Assembly (NCBI GenBank): GCA_017618175.1
Contig: JAFZUT010000018.1
Span: 29,759 to 93,758 of the forward strand
Length of the DNA: 64,000 nucleotides
DNA from: Alphaproteobacteria bacterium
GTDB taxonomy: Bacteria; Pseudomonadota; Alphaproteobacteria; Rs-D84
Direction of reading: 5' to 3'
Shown here piece by piece: positions 43,659-53,785 of the stretch. Position numbers and translations under genes: made by a program. Numbering within the stretch: the first letter of the stretch is position 1; the number at the start of each line of letters is the position of its first letter. Below the pieces are notes generated by a model. The model made no database searches. It was given only the letters and a program-made list of their open reading frames with translations, and was not told where the DNA came from.

Positions 43659-44486
43659 ATGTCGCATACTTGCAAACAGAATTTTTTTAACACAATAACC
43701 GGAACATCGCGGTTCGTGGCGTTTTGGATAATGGTTTTGATTCAATTGCCGATTATAATTTTGTTGCCTTCGCGGTCGCGGATTTCGGTAAAATATATGG
43801 CGGTGTTTATGAAAATCTTGCTGATTTTGGCAAGTATCAAGATTGTAAAACATGGAACCATTTCTAAAAAACGTCCGTTATTGGTTGCGGGTAATCACAT
43901 ATCGGTTTTTGAAATTGCGACTTTCCCGGTAATGTTCGGGGGCAGTTTTATTTCCAAAAACGATGTCCGTAATTGGCCTTTGGTTGGATATATCGCGAAT
44001 AAGTTTGGTGTCGTGTTTATTGACCGTCGGCCATCCCACGCGATGGATGCATTAAAATTGGTTCAAGACGAAATAGCCAAGATTACATATCCGTTGTATA
44101 TCTTTCCCGAAGGTACAACGACCAACGGTGCATATGTCAAAGAGTTCAAAAGCAGTCTGTTCAATGTTGCCGAAGGTACCGATGTCACGGTTCAACCGGT
44201 TGTGACGCGTTATTGTTATCATGATGGCACGCCAATTGCGGATGAAGATTTGGCGGAACACTTTGCATATTTTGATAATGCGAAACAAACCCAGGGCCCA
44301 CGGTGTTCGCGTGAACGCAGTGCGTTTGGTCAAATTTTTCACGTAATGGTTTTGGGCGGTTTCCGCGTAGATGTATATATGTTGCCGCCACCACCCCTTG
44401 GGGGTATGGACAGAAAACAAATGGCAGAAACAATGCACAAAATAATTTCAGATAAATATATGGAAACCAAGGATTTAAAAAAATGA
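43659..44486 (+). CDS. olsA: Lyso-ornithine lipid O-acyltransferase / PlsC-family acyltransferase
   Basis: An internal ATG directly after the olsB stop. N-terminal TM, acyltransferase boxes AGNHISVFE and IFPEGTTTNG. Confidence 0.6.
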   Translation: MSHTCKQNFFNTITGTSRFVAFWIMVLIQLPIIILLPSRSRISVKYMAVFMKILLILASIKIVKHGTISKKRPLLVAGNHISVFEIATFPVMFGGSFISKNDVRNWPLVGYIANKFGVVFIDRRPSHAMDALKLVQDEIAKITYPLYIFPEGTTTNGAYVKEFKSSLFNVAEGTDVTVQPVVTRYCYHDGTPIADEDLAEHFAYFDNAKQTQGPRCSRERSAFGQIFHVMVLGGFRVDVYMLPPPPLGGMDRKQMAETMHKIISDKYMETKDLKK

Positions 44487-45763
44487 AAATTGAAAATTTA
44501 TGTGTTCGGCGTTTAATCGGTGATGTCGCCGGCGCAACAACACGCGGTCATAAAATTGCGGTCAAAGGTGGATACATTTACCAAACTTTCCAGGGCGGTT
44601 ATACTTTGACCCCGTTGGGTTGGCGTGTTGTTCACAAAATTGAAAATATTATTCGCGATGAAATGGATAAAATTGACGGCCAAGAAATTTTGATGCCGGT
44701 TGTTTGCACGGCCGACCTGTGGCGGGAAACGGGCCGTTATGATGCGATGGCGGTATTGGCAAAATTCAAAGGCAGTTCCGGCGCAGACTATGTAATATGT
44801 CCAACACACGAAGAAGTTGTGACGGATTATGCGCGCTCGGTAATAAGTTCTTATCGCCAATTGCCGTTTATGTTGTACCAAATTCAAACAAAGTTTCGTG
44901 ATGAATTGCGTGTGCGCGCCGGTTTGATAAGAACACGTGAATTTATTATGAAAGACGGTTATTCTTTCCACGAAACCCAAGAGGATTTGGAACACTATTA
45001 CAAACTTTGTTTTGATGCGTATTACAGAATATTCCGTCGTTGCGGATTAAAGAACTTTATTGACGTAATGTCGTCCACTGGGGATATGGGTGGTGCGGTT
45101 GCCCACGAATTCCAATTGGTAAACGAAATGGGTGAAGACACGCTGTATGTGTGTGATTGTGGATTCCGCGCAAACAAAGAATTGGAAGATACGGATTCCA
45201 CCAATTGTCCAAAGTGCGGTGGCAAGATGAAAAAGATTCGCGGTATTGAAATTGGGAACATATTCCAATTGGGTAAGAAATACACGGAATCTATGCATAT
45301 GACATACACGGCGGCGGATGGTACCGAAAAAACGCCGATTATGGGTTGCTATGGTATTGGGGTTGGTCGCACAATGGCGGCAATCTTGGAAGAAAGTGCG
45401 GACGATAACGGACCGGTTTGGAATATGGAAACCGCGCCTTTTGCGGTCGAAGTAATCGGTTTGGCCGATAAAGAAAACAAAACTTTCGAATTGGCCGAAA
45501 AAATCTATAACGATTTGCACGCGGCGGGGGTTGAGGTTTTGTTGGATAATCGTGACGCGCGCGCGGGTGAAAAATTTGCAGATGCAGATTTGATTGCGGC
45601 GCCAATTCGTCTAATCGTTTCACAAAAGAACCTGGACAAAAATGTCATAGAAGTTAAATATCGTGTGAACGATATTGATACATCAAAGATGCCAAATTCT
45701 TTTGATATTAAAACATGTGTTGATGATACGATAAAGACAATCCAAAAACTTTTACATAAGTAA
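44483..45763 (+). CDS. proS: Prolyl-tRNA synthetase, short form lacking the INS editing domain
   Basis: Class II motifs (FRDELRVRAGLIRTREF, GIEIGNIFQLGKKY, GCYGIGVGR) and an anticodon-binding domain. Start overlaps the olsA stop (ATGA). Confidence 0.9.
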   Translation: MKIENLCVRRLIGDVAGATTRGHKIAVKGGYIYQTFQGGYTLTPLGWRVVHKIENIIRDEMDKIDGQEILMPVVCTADLWRETGRYDAMAVLAKFKGSSGADYVICPTHEEVVTDYARSVISSYRQLPFMLYQIQTKFRDELRVRAGLIRTREFIMKDGYSFHETQEDLEHYYKLCFDAYYRIFRRCGLKNFIDVMSSTGDMGGAVAHEFQLVNEMGEDTLYVCDCGFRANKELEDTDSTNCPKCGGKMKKIRGIEIGNIFQLGKKYTESMHMTYTAADGTEKTPIMGCYGIGVGRTMAAILEESADDNGPVWNMETAPFAVEVIGLADKENKTFELAEKIYNDLHAAGVEVLLDNRDARAGEKFADADLIAAPIRLIVSQKNLDKNVIEVKYRVNDIDTSKMPNSFDIKTCVDDTIKTIQKLLHK

Positions 45764-45767
45764 AAAG

Positions 45768-45792
45768 AACGGATGCGATTGCATCCGTTTTT
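45768..45792 (+). terminator. Rho-independent terminator after proS
   Basis: GAACGGATGCGATTGCATCCGTTTTTT. Confidence 0.75.
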
Positions 45793-45795
45793 TAT

Positions 45796-45826
45796 ACTAA
45801 CACTAACCACTAACACTAATCACTAA
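45796..45826. repeat. CACTAA short tandem repeat (5 units)
   Basis: ACTAA CACTAA CCACTAA CACTAA TCACTAA lies between the proS terminator and an extended -10 element (TGCTATAAT at 45831-45839) upstream of ldh. Confidence 0.85.
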
Positions 45827-45859
45827 AATGTGCTATAATGTTTCCAACAGGAGATCGAT

Positions 45860-46789
45860 ATGAAGATAGCAATTATTGGTGTTGGTTCGGTTGGTTCGGC
45901 CGTTGCAACGGCGGTGAAAAATACCGGTCTGGTTCATGAAATCGTTTTATATGACCGTGACGGTATTCGCGCACGTGCCGCCGCCGAAGATTTAGGCCAT
46001 GCCGCCGCATTCGGTTTTGATGTTAAAATTTCTGCGGCGAATAATTATCGTGGAATTCGTGGTTCAGACATAGTTATTATTTCTGCCGGCGCAAATCAAA
46101 AACCGGGCGAAACCCGCACAGATTTATTACAAAACAATGCCGAAGTTATTCGCGATATTGTGCCACGTGTTATGGCGAATGTTGACCCGAAACGTGTCAT
46201 TTTGATTTTGGTCACAAATCCATTAGACGTTATGGTTATGTTGGCACAAAGTCTTTCTAAGTTGCCACCGTCACGCGTAATTGGAACGGGAACAATGTTG
46301 GACACGGCGCGTTTGCGTACGATATTGTCGCGTGGATTGAACGTATCGCCACAATCAATTCATTCTTATGTTTTGGGCGAACACGGCGACAGCAGCGTTA
46401 TTGATTGGTCGTCCATCACGGTTGGTGGATTGTCTTTGGAAGATTTTTGTCACCAATCCAAGATAACAATGACCACCGCCACGCGCGAAACAATTGAATA
46501 TCGTGTCCGCAATGCCGCGTATGAAATTATTCGCGGACGTGGCGCAACATGGGATGGTATTGGTGCCGCGGTTTCTGATTTGTTGAAATGCATTATAAAT
46601 GATGAACACAGGATATTGACGGTGTCCATTGTTGCCGGTACCGGCGCGCACACGTGTGCAATGTCTTTGCCACGCGTTGTTGGAAATAACGGGGTCGTTA
46701 TGACTTTGATGCCGAAAATGTCATCGACCGAATCGGCCATGCTGCGGCGCAGTGGAAAAATAATTCAAAAGAATTTTTCACGTGTTTAA
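45860..46789 (+). CDS. ldh: L-lactate dehydrogenase-type NAD-dependent 2-hydroxyacid dehydrogenase
   Basis: GVGSVGS NAD motif, the GEHGDS LDH signature, and Gln in the GANQKPGETR specificity position (MDHs have Arg). Confidence 0.75.
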   Translation: MKIAIIGVGSVGSAVATAVKNTGLVHEIVLYDRDGIRARAAAEDLGHAAAFGFDVKISAANNYRGIRGSDIVIISAGANQKPGETRTDLLQNNAEVIRDIVPRVMANVDPKRVILILVTNPLDVMVMLAQSLSKLPPSRVIGTGTMLDTARLRTILSRGLNVSPQSIHSYVLGEHGDSSVIDWSSITVGGLSLEDFCHQSKITMTTATRETIEYRVRNAAYEIIRGRGATWDGIGAAVSDLLKCIINDEHRILTVSIVAGTGAHTCAMSLPRVVGNNGVVMTLMPKMSSTESAMLRRSGKIIQKNFSRV

Positions 46790-46882
46790 TGGTGGCGGGG
46801 AAAATATCCCCGCCTTTTGGCAAACATTCATATTTATGCACGCGCATTCGCGTGCTATTTTTTTATCAAAAGGAAAACAAAA

Positions 46883-47185
46883 ATGCAAAATGATATAGAA
46901 TACGAAGAATTACAAAACAGTCACGGATTTTGCGCGCGTCGTGGAAACGTGCAAATTGGTGAAATAGATATTGCGATTGTTGGTGGAAATCGACTTATTA
47001 TTGAACATACGCACATAGATGATGAATACGATGGTGGCGATGTGTGTAAAAACCTGGTTCAATGTGTTGTGGAATTTGCGCGTAGAACAGGTCGCAAAAT
47101 TTTATGCCTGTGTCCACGCGCGCAATCCGTATTTAATAAATATCCAGAATTTGATGACGTACGCCTTATACAAATGGTAAAATAA
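46883..47185 (+). CDS. Small GNAT-like acetyltransferase-fold protein (YjdJ-like)
   Basis: 100 aa from an internal ATG. C-terminal pattern ARRTGRKILCLCPRAQSVFNKYPEFDDV is typical of this family. Confidence 0.55.
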   Translation: MQNDIEYEELQNSHGFCARRGNVQIGEIDIAIVGGNRLIIEHTHIDDEYDGGDVCKNLVQCVVEFARRTGRKILCLCPRAQSVFNKYPEFDDVRLIQMVK

Positions 47186-47211
47186 AGATGCGGACATTTG
47201 CCCGCATTTTT

Positions 47212-47799
47212 TTATTCGATATTCATATTATCGATTACAAATTTCCAATCTATTAAACCATTCAAAAACACATCGACAAAATCTGCACGTCTATTTTGAT
47301 AATCTAAATAATATGCGTGTTCCCATAAATCCAAAGTCAATATTGGTTTTTTGCCGTGTGCAATGGGCGTGTCTGCATTTTTTGTCGCAATAATTTCGAA
47401 TCTTTTATTATCATATGTCAACCAAACCCAGCCCGATCCAAAAACATCATTGGCGACAGATTTGAATTTTTCTTTGAATTCGGCCGCGCCACCAAATGCA
47501 TCTGATATTAAATCGGGAATCAAATTATTTCCGCGTCCCAAACAATTGAAAAAGAATTCATGATTAAAGACCTGGGCCGCGTTATTAAATATTTTTTGTG
47601 CGGACGCATCGCGTGCCGAATTCACAATTATTTCGCGCAAATCCATATCTGCATATTTTGTGTCTGCAATCAGTTTATTTAGGTTGGCAATATATGTCGC
47701 CAAATGCTTATCGTGATGCAATCGCACGGTTTCAACCGACATAATGGGAACCAAATCTGTTTCGCGAAAAGGCAATGGAAAATCATTTAGGTTAAACAT
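47212..47799 (-). CDS. sodB: Fe/Mn superoxide dismutase
   Basis: 195 aa from an internal ATG with RBS AAAGGAG. Motifs LHHDKHLATY and DLWEHAYYLDYQNRR. Confidence 0.93.
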   Translation of the reverse strand: MFNLNDFPLPFRETDLVPIMSVETVRLHHDKHLATYIANLNKLIADTKYADMDLREIIVNSARDASAQKIFNNAAQVFNHEFFFNCLGRGNNLIPDLISDAFGGAAEFKEKFKSVANDVFGSGWVWLTYDNKRFEIIATKNADTPIAHGKKPILTLDLWEHAYYLDYQNRRADFVDVFLNGLIDWKFVIDNMNIE

Positions 47800-47884
47800 A
47801 TCTTTAACTCCTTTTGAAAAATATTGTACAGAATAAAATTTTTGCCGCCACAGGAAAAATAGTTTAATTTTTTTCAAAAACAAC

Positions 47885-47914
47885 TTGCACCGATGCATAT
47901 GTTATTTCTATAAT
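47885..47914 (+). promoter_or_regulatory. Sigma70-like promoter
   Basis: TTGCAC, an 18-nt spacer, then TATAAT, 27 nt upstream of the 47941 ATG (RBS AAAGGAG). Confidence 0.5.
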
Positions 47915-47940
47915 CAAGAAAAATTACAAAAGGAGAAAAA

Positions 47941-48531
47941 ATGAAAAAAATATCTATGTTTGGGGCATTGATTGGTGCGTTATTTGGGGTGACCGCATAC
48001 GCGGCGGATATCACCGTTTATTATTCGCCAACATGTCCGCATTGTCATCATGCACGCGATTTTATTTCTAATAATTTAATTTATGAATATCCGGAATTGA
48101 ATGTGACCATGGTCAATGTTATGGAATCTGCAAATCGTCCGGAATTTATGGACACATTGAAGAAATGCGAATACGAATCGGGCGGCGTTCCGGTTTTGGT
48201 TATCGGTGAAAAATGTTTCCAAGGTTACGCGGATTCTATGGCGGATGATTTGCGTGCCGCGGTCGAGGCCGATATGACGGACGCGGCCAAATCCATCGCG
48301 GCGGAAAATAAAAAGGCGATTGAGGCGGATGCAGACGCGTTCAAGCGGGTGCACGAAGACAGGCTAAATGCAATTGTCGAACGCGAAATCAAAAGCGCCG
48401 ATGATGACGCGCAAAAAAAAAATAGAACGGTAAATAAAAAATCGAACGATAGTTGGGTTTTCTATGTAATCTTGGTCGTGTTGGTTTTGGGATTGGGATT
48501 CGTGTTAACGCGTAAAGGCAACAAAAAATAA
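47941..48531 (+). CDS. Exported thioredoxin-fold protein (CPHC) with C-terminal membrane anchor
   Basis: Signal peptide, YYSPTCPHCHHARDF redox motif, charged linker, terminal TM (WVFYVILVVLVLGLGFVL). Confidence 0.6.
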   Translation: MKKISMFGALIGALFGVTAYAADITVYYSPTCPHCHHARDFISNNLIYEYPELNVTMVNVMESANRPEFMDTLKKCEYESGGVPVLVIGEKCFQGYADSMADDLRAAVEADMTDAAKSIAAENKKAIEADADAFKRVHEDRLNAIVEREIKSADDDAQKKNRTVNKKSNDSWVFYVILVVLVLGLGFVLTRKGNKK

Positions 48532-48544
48532 TGGATAATAGGCT

Positions 48545-49306
48545 ATGTTTAATTTAACTGGACTTGATTATATTTACATCGGCGTATTGTTGGCATCAAC
48601 AGTATGGGCGACAATTCGTGGCGGAATTTACGAAACCGTTGCCACACTGTCGTGGGTTGTGGCGGCGGTGACGGCGCGTTTTGTGTCGCCTTGGTTGGAT
48701 GGATTGTTGCAATCTTGGTTTGGGCTTACCGAATCAACGGTTGGAACATTGGTCGCGTCATATTTTATTGTGTTCTTTGTGATATTGTTGATTGCCGGAT
48801 TCTTTAACCAGAAACTGCGCGACAGAATTCAAGACAGTGTGATGAATGTCACCGATCATACACTGGGGGTGATATTCGGCATTGTTCGTGGCGTCATTGT
48901 TATGGGCGTGGCATATTGGGTTGCATTGTGGTATTATTCGGATGCCCCGCGTATGCCGCATTGGATAGAAGATGCGCGCACACGTCCAATTATGCAAATG
49001 ACCGCGGTTAAATTGGATGAATGGTTTGTCCCGGGACCGGAAAACAAATTGTTGCAACGTGATGTCGCGGGTTCGCGTGAATCGAAAAAGATTTTTGATA
49101 ACCTGATTAATCCACGGGTTGTTGACGGTGAAAATACGGCAACACAAAATAATGCCGCAAATCCATCGCCGAAGCCAAATGAAGAAACCGGTTATAAAAA
49201 TTCTGAACGCAGCGCATTGGAAAATCAATTACTGCAAATAGAAAGCGTTGCAAACGCGGTTGACCGGCACGAAAAAGAACGCGCCAAACAAGAAAACAAA
49301 GAATAA
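48545..49306 (+). CDS. cvpA: CvpA-family membrane protein
   Basis: Four N-terminal TM segments in the CvpA/colicin V production pattern, plus a hydrophilic tail. Confidence 0.7.
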   Translation: MFNLTGLDYIYIGVLLASTVWATIRGGIYETVATLSWVVAAVTARFVSPWLDGLLQSWFGLTESTVGTLVASYFIVFFVILLIAGFFNQKLRDRIQDSVMNVTDHTLGVIFGIVRGVIVMGVAYWVALWYYSDAPRMPHWIEDARTRPIMQMTAVKLDEWFVPGPENKLLQRDVAGSRESKKIFDNLINPRVVDGENTATQNNAANPSPKPNEETGYKNSERSALENQLLQIESVANAVDRHEKERAKQENKE

Positions 49307-49314
49307 ATTAAAAA

Positions 49315-49339
49315 CGGAATCAAATGATTCCGTTTTTTT
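49315..49339 (+). terminator. Rho-independent terminator
   Basis: CGGAATC-AAAT-GATTCCG followed by T7. Confidence 0.75.
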
Positions 49340-49344
49340 AATTC

Positions 49345-49420
49345 TGGTGCCGGTTATCGGACTTGAACCAATGACCTACTGATTACAAATCAGCCGCTCT
49401 ACCAACTGAGCTAAACCGGC
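49345..49420 (-). tRNA. tRNA-Thr (anticodon TGT)
   Basis: 76-nt cloverleaf folded by hand. Anticodon loop TTTGTAA, T-loop TTCAAGT, encoded CCA. Confidence 0.88.
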
Positions 49421-49523
49421 AATGCCACATAATTATACATATGCCCGGAATCAAAGCAAGCAAAAATTTGCCAGAATTAAAATAAATCTTGAAAATGCCG
49501 TCCGGCAGGCTAGTATTACCCAT

Positions 49524-50768
49524 ATGATTAAATTACCTGAACTTTTGGCGCCGGCGGGGACGTTGGACGCATTCAAAACCGCAATTCTGTATGGTGCGGA
49601 TGCTATCTATGCCGGATTGCCCGGGTTTTCTATGCGCGCGCGTGCGAAAATTACAACCGAAGAAGTCCGTACCGGGGTTGAATTGGCACATGCCGCCGGT
49701 CGCAAAGTTTATTTGGCATTCAACCTGTTTGCACACGACCGCGAATACGCGAATATGCCCCGTGTATCCGAAACCATACGATATTTGAATCCGGATGCGT
49801 TGATTGTGGCCGACCCGGGTGTTTTAATGTGGGTACGCGAACACCATCCCGATATGCCAATTCATATTTCAACCCAGGCGAACATTTGTTCGGGCGCATC
49901 TGTAAAGTTTTGGCAAAACGCGGGGGCGTCACTGTGCGTGTTGGCGCGTGAAGTTTCGCACGCGGAATTTGCCGCGATTCGTCGCACATGTCCAGATATA
50001 AAACTGGAAATCTTTGTACACGGTGCAATGTGCATGGCGTATTCTGGTCGGTGTTTGTTGTCGAACTTTATAACGGGCCGGCCGGCAAATCGTGGTGCGT
50101 GTGCGCAACTGTGTCGGTGGAAATACGATGTTATCCTGCGCGAATGCGAATCGGGAATAGAAATGCCAATTACCGAGGATGAACGTGGTGCGTATATTAT
50201 GAATTCGCGTGATTTATGTTTAATGCCACGTTTAGCCGAGGTTTTAGAATCCGCCCCGGATTCATTAAAAATAGAAGGCCGTAACCGCAGCGAATATTAC
50301 GTGGGCAGTGTTGTTCACGCGTATCGTTGTGCAATGGATGCATATGCGCGCGACCCGGAAAATTTTGACCCGACAAAATATATGGAAATGTTAAATGTTT
50401 TGGAATCGCGCGGTTATACAACGGCGTTCTTTGATGGACCGGTTCCACCCGATGCACACAATTACGATACGGCCCGTTCGGTGTCCGCCTATCATGCGGC
50501 GGGTGTTGTCACCGCGGTGGATGGCGACGGTGTCACAATGGAATTGCGTAATGAAATTAGGGCCGGCGAAGAAATAAACTTTGTTTTGCCGAACGCAGTT
50601 GATGTTGTGACGGTTCACATTGAGAAAATAATAAATGCCCGCGATGGTGCGGTGCAGCCAAAAATGTCTGCGGGTCAAAATAATGCAATAAAAATTCCGC
50701 GAAAATGGTTCCCCGCGGAGAATGTAAATAAAATATCGCCATACATTTTGGCATATAAACGGAAATAG
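49524..50768 (+). CDS. Peptidase U32 family protein
   Basis: An internal ATG avoids overlap with tRNA-Thr. N-terminus ELLAPAGTLDAFKTAILYGADAIYAG is typical of U32. Conserved Cys cluster present. Confidence 0.8.
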   Translation: MIKLPELLAPAGTLDAFKTAILYGADAIYAGLPGFSMRARAKITTEEVRTGVELAHAAGRKVYLAFNLFAHDREYANMPRVSETIRYLNPDALIVADPGVLMWVREHHPDMPIHISTQANICSGASVKFWQNAGASLCVLAREVSHAEFAAIRRTCPDIKLEIFVHGAMCMAYSGRCLLSNFITGRPANRGACAQLCRWKYDVILRECESGIEMPITEDERGAYIMNSRDLCLMPRLAEVLESAPDSLKIEGRNRSEYYVGSVVHAYRCAMDAYARDPENFDPTKYMEMLNVLESRGYTTAFFDGPVPPDAHNYDTARSVSAYHAAGVVTAVDGDGVTMELRNEIRAGEEINFVLPNAVDVVTVHIEKIINARDGAVQPKMSAGQNNAIKIPRKWFPAENVNKISPYILAYKRK

Positions 50769-50770
50769 TT

Positions 50771-51307
50771 TTATTTGCCTTTCTGTTGTAAAATGTATTT
50801 CTTGTACGCTTTTTCAAACGAACGCGGTTTGCTAAAATCAACCACGATATCTTCCGGTTGATTTTCCACCCAATTATAGAAATTTTTGCCGACCGGTTTG
50901 TCAATCGGTTTGCATACAATCAACACTTCACCACCAATAACAGATTGAATTGCGTTTTGCAAATTTTGGGTTTCTTGTTTTACTTTGTCCGATGCGGCCG
51001 TGACAATTGCCGGGTTTGATTCAATTGTGTTAAAGCGTTCTTTGGCGGTCATCATTTTTTTTATTTCACCCTTACGATGCGACATAAAAAAACGTTTCAA
51101 ATAATCCAGTGCCACATTTGATTGGTCTGATTTCAGTATATCAGATATTTTGAACAGCGCGTTGTACCAAGATGTCCCAAGACTCATATTTTGGGCCTGG
51201 CCTTCGGCGACCAACGCTTCGTACAATGACATATACGCGTTTCCAAGTTTTATTTTGGAATAACTGTCAAGTTTTACCTGGGGTTGAGCATCTTTTTGTG
51301 AACTCAT
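50771..51307 (-). CDS. Hypothetical protein (178 aa)
   Basis: Clean ORF with no signal peptide. No family recognised. Confidence 0.5.
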   Translation of the reverse strand: MSSQKDAQPQVKLDSYSKIKLGNAYMSLYEALVAEGQAQNMSLGTSWYNALFKISDILKSDQSNVALDYLKRFFMSHRKGEIKKMMTAKERFNTIESNPAIVTAASDKVKQETQNLQNAIQSVIGGEVLIVCKPIDKPVGKNFYNWVENQPEDIVVDFSKPRSFEKAYKKYILQQKGK

Positions 51308-51546
51308 AGATACACCTCTTTACTATGATTACCACCATTTCTTATAACGATATAATAAAATGGTGTTTTTTGTCAAGGCTTGTTCAATTGCATTATTGTT
51401 TTGACTTTATTCCCACATTGCGTCATCATATTATGGTTATATTCTCGGTATGCGCTGTTGCCAAGAATGGGCGGTGCAGGGGTATAATACCAATCTTGCC
51501 AATAATGGGGGTTGGTGGTGAACAAAATAAACATAAGGAAAATTTT

Positions 51547-52539
51547 ATGAAAAAAATCATTAGTTTGGCGGTCGCGTCTGCGGCGATTACAACGTCTGCG
51601 ATGGCTGCGAATATGGAAAATCCGTTGTTTTTACCATCGGCCGGTGATGTGTATTCAAAAACATCAATCGGTTTGATGTACAAGATCACAGATTCCACCG
51701 ATAACCAAGAATTACGTAACCATGATGGCGAAGTCGAATTCCCAATTTGGCGCCCGGTTCAAGAATTGGGTGTTGGTATCACCGATCGTTGGGCGGTTCA
51801 CGGTGCCATCGGGTACACATATGATGGTGACATTGACCGCAAAGGTTTTCACCTTGGACGTTTGGGAACAACGTACCGCGTGATTAAATCTTTGGATGGT
51901 TATGTATGGGATTTATATGGTGATTTGCATATGGGTGGTATCGAAAAGATGAAGGGTTCTTTGAATATGGTGTCCCCGGGTAAATTTGTGTTTAATTACG
52001 ACAATTATTCAAATGGTCGTTGGGGGGCACATGTTGGAACAAAGTTCGGTCGTACTTGGTCGAATTTAACCGCCAGCATTTTTGGTGAAGTATTGCGCAC
52101 ATGGGGCAACCATAACAATGAAATCAATGTTTCCGAATTGGCCGCAATGTTGCCCGGGTTGCCGGACAAATTGTCGGTTGATATAAAATCCACGTGGGAG
52201 GTTAATGCCGGTGCGAACATATTCTATCAAATGACTAATCGTTGGTCTGGCGGTTTAGGTTTCCAATATAAATATCACGCAACCAACGGATTGGAAGGCG
52301 TTTATACCGATTTACCGGCCGCGATTGCACCGACCGTTGAAGGTATGTTGGCGGAATACAAAGATATGAAAGATCATTTTAACGAATATGCGATTACTTT
52401 GACGCTGGCGTATCAATTGCGTGACGGTGCCCAGGTTGCATGGTATATCGAAGATACACTGGATACCGGTGCGCGTTTGTCGGCAAATACGACGGATGTC
52501 AAGATTGAAACAGGGTTCCGTGTGAACTTTTTGTTCTAA
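51547..52539 (+). CDS. Outer-membrane beta-barrel protein (330 aa)
   Basis: An internal ATG with RBS AAGGAAA gives the signal peptide MKKIISLAVASAAITTSAMA. Ends ...GFRVNFLF. Confidence 0.7.
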   Translation: MKKIISLAVASAAITTSAMAANMENPLFLPSAGDVYSKTSIGLMYKITDSTDNQELRNHDGEVEFPIWRPVQELGVGITDRWAVHGAIGYTYDGDIDRKGFHLGRLGTTYRVIKSLDGYVWDLYGDLHMGGIEKMKGSLNMVSPGKFVFNYDNYSNGRWGAHVGTKFGRTWSNLTASIFGEVLRTWGNHNNEINVSELAAMLPGLPDKLSVDIKSTWEVNAGANIFYQMTNRWSGGLGFQYKYHATNGLEGVYTDLPAAIAPTVEGMLAEYKDMKDHFNEYAITLTLAYQLRDGAQVAWYIEDTLDTGARLSANTTDVKIETGFRVNFLF

Positions 52540-52651
52540 TTTTTGATTTGATGGGAATAAAACGGGTCCAATTTGGACCCGTTTTATATTAAACGCTTTT
52601 TTTAATGTCTTTTTTATGATATAATACTCCAAGAAAGGTAAGAAAAAGAGA

Positions 52652-53758
52652 ATGAGAAAAATCAAGGTTTCTGCCGCTTTTATGGGGTTTTCTATTGTCG
52701 CGATGGGTGCGGCCGGTGCCGCCTATCCGGTGTACCAGCAACAGTATCAACAACAATATTCACGTGACGTAAATTATCAACGGACCGGTGTTGTCCAGTT
52801 GCCTGCGACAAATAGCACGGTTTTGACGGTGAATTCTGCGGTTGCGGCGCAACCAACACGTGTGACCGGGGCTTTGCCAAAGGTTGGCGCGGCGGCGACC
52901 GCGGCGGGACGTCAATATTATCAACCGGCGGATTATGATCGCTTAGCCGATAGTGGTTTATATGTTGGTATTTCTGCGGCCTATGCCGCCAGTATATCGG
53001 GCAGTATTCATGCAGATTATTCGGGCGAAAAAGATGCCTATGTTGTTCCGGGTGCATTTGCGTCTGCGGATTTTGATACAGATACCGTTATACCGCTTCA
53101 GGTTTCGGTTGGTGCGGCATTAAATAACGATTTTCGTGTAGATTTTTCTTATACGCGTTATTCGGGCCTTGGGTATCCGGATAATGTAATGACGGCGGAT
53201 TATACCGGTGCGGCAAATATAAGCGCATCGGTCGAAGGTGGCGCCATAACCGCAAATACAACAATGTTGAATTTGTATTATAATCTGGATTCTTATACCG
53301 GTTATTTGGCGGGCGGTTCTTTGCGGCCATATATCGGTGTTGGTGTCGGTATTTCATTGAATACTATTTCCGATTATGTTGTTTATGATGACACGTATTA
53401 TAAAATCATCGAAGATTTGGGTACAACAATTGGTAATGCGGGCAAATTGACGGGTATATCGGATGTTTACGCGTATCATAATGGTGGCACGAACGAACAA
53501 TTGGCATTTATGGTCGAAGGTGGTATAACGACCGACCTTGGCGGTGGAATCAAGATGGATTTCTTTGCGCGGTATGCAAACCTGGGCAAGGTTAAAACAT
53601 CGGGCAGTATCGTTTTATCTCAAACCGAATGGTTGTCTGATGGGTACGGTGGCGAAGTTATGGCGGACTATGACAGTGTATTTCATTATACCAATTGGTA
53701 TGAAAGCGGCCGTCTTTCTATGATTGATGTTGGTGCGCGTTTAAGATTACAATTCTAA
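52652..53758 (+). CDS. Outer-membrane beta-barrel protein (368 aa, Omp25/31-like)
   Basis: Signal peptide, Gln/Tyr-rich N-terminal extension, beta-barrel region ending ...GARLRLQF. Confidence 0.65.
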   Translation: MRKIKVSAAFMGFSIVAMGAAGAAYPVYQQQYQQQYSRDVNYQRTGVVQLPATNSTVLTVNSAVAAQPTRVTGALPKVGAAATAAGRQYYQPADYDRLADSGLYVGISAAYAASISGSIHADYSGEKDAYVVPGAFASADFDTDTVIPLQVSVGAALNNDFRVDFSYTRYSGLGYPDNVMTADYTGAANISASVEGGAITANTTMLNLYYNLDSYTGYLAGGSLRPYIGVGVGISLNTISDYVVYDDTYYKIIEDLGTTIGNAGKLTGISDVYAYHNGGTNEQLAFMVEGGITTDLGGGIKMDFFARYANLGKVKTSGSIVLSQTEWLSDGYGGEVMADYDSVFHYTNWYESGRLSMIDVGARLRLQF

Positions 53759-53785
53759 GGTTCACCGTAACAGGAGAGAGTGCGG

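Noticed and set aside
45860-46789. Annotating the dehydrogenase as malate dehydrogenase, as expected for an alphaproteobacterial TCA gene
   Set aside because: The sequence has the LDH-type GEHGDS signature and Gln rather than Arg at the substrate-specificity position. It is called LDH-type, but substrate preference needs experimental or phylogenetic confirmation.
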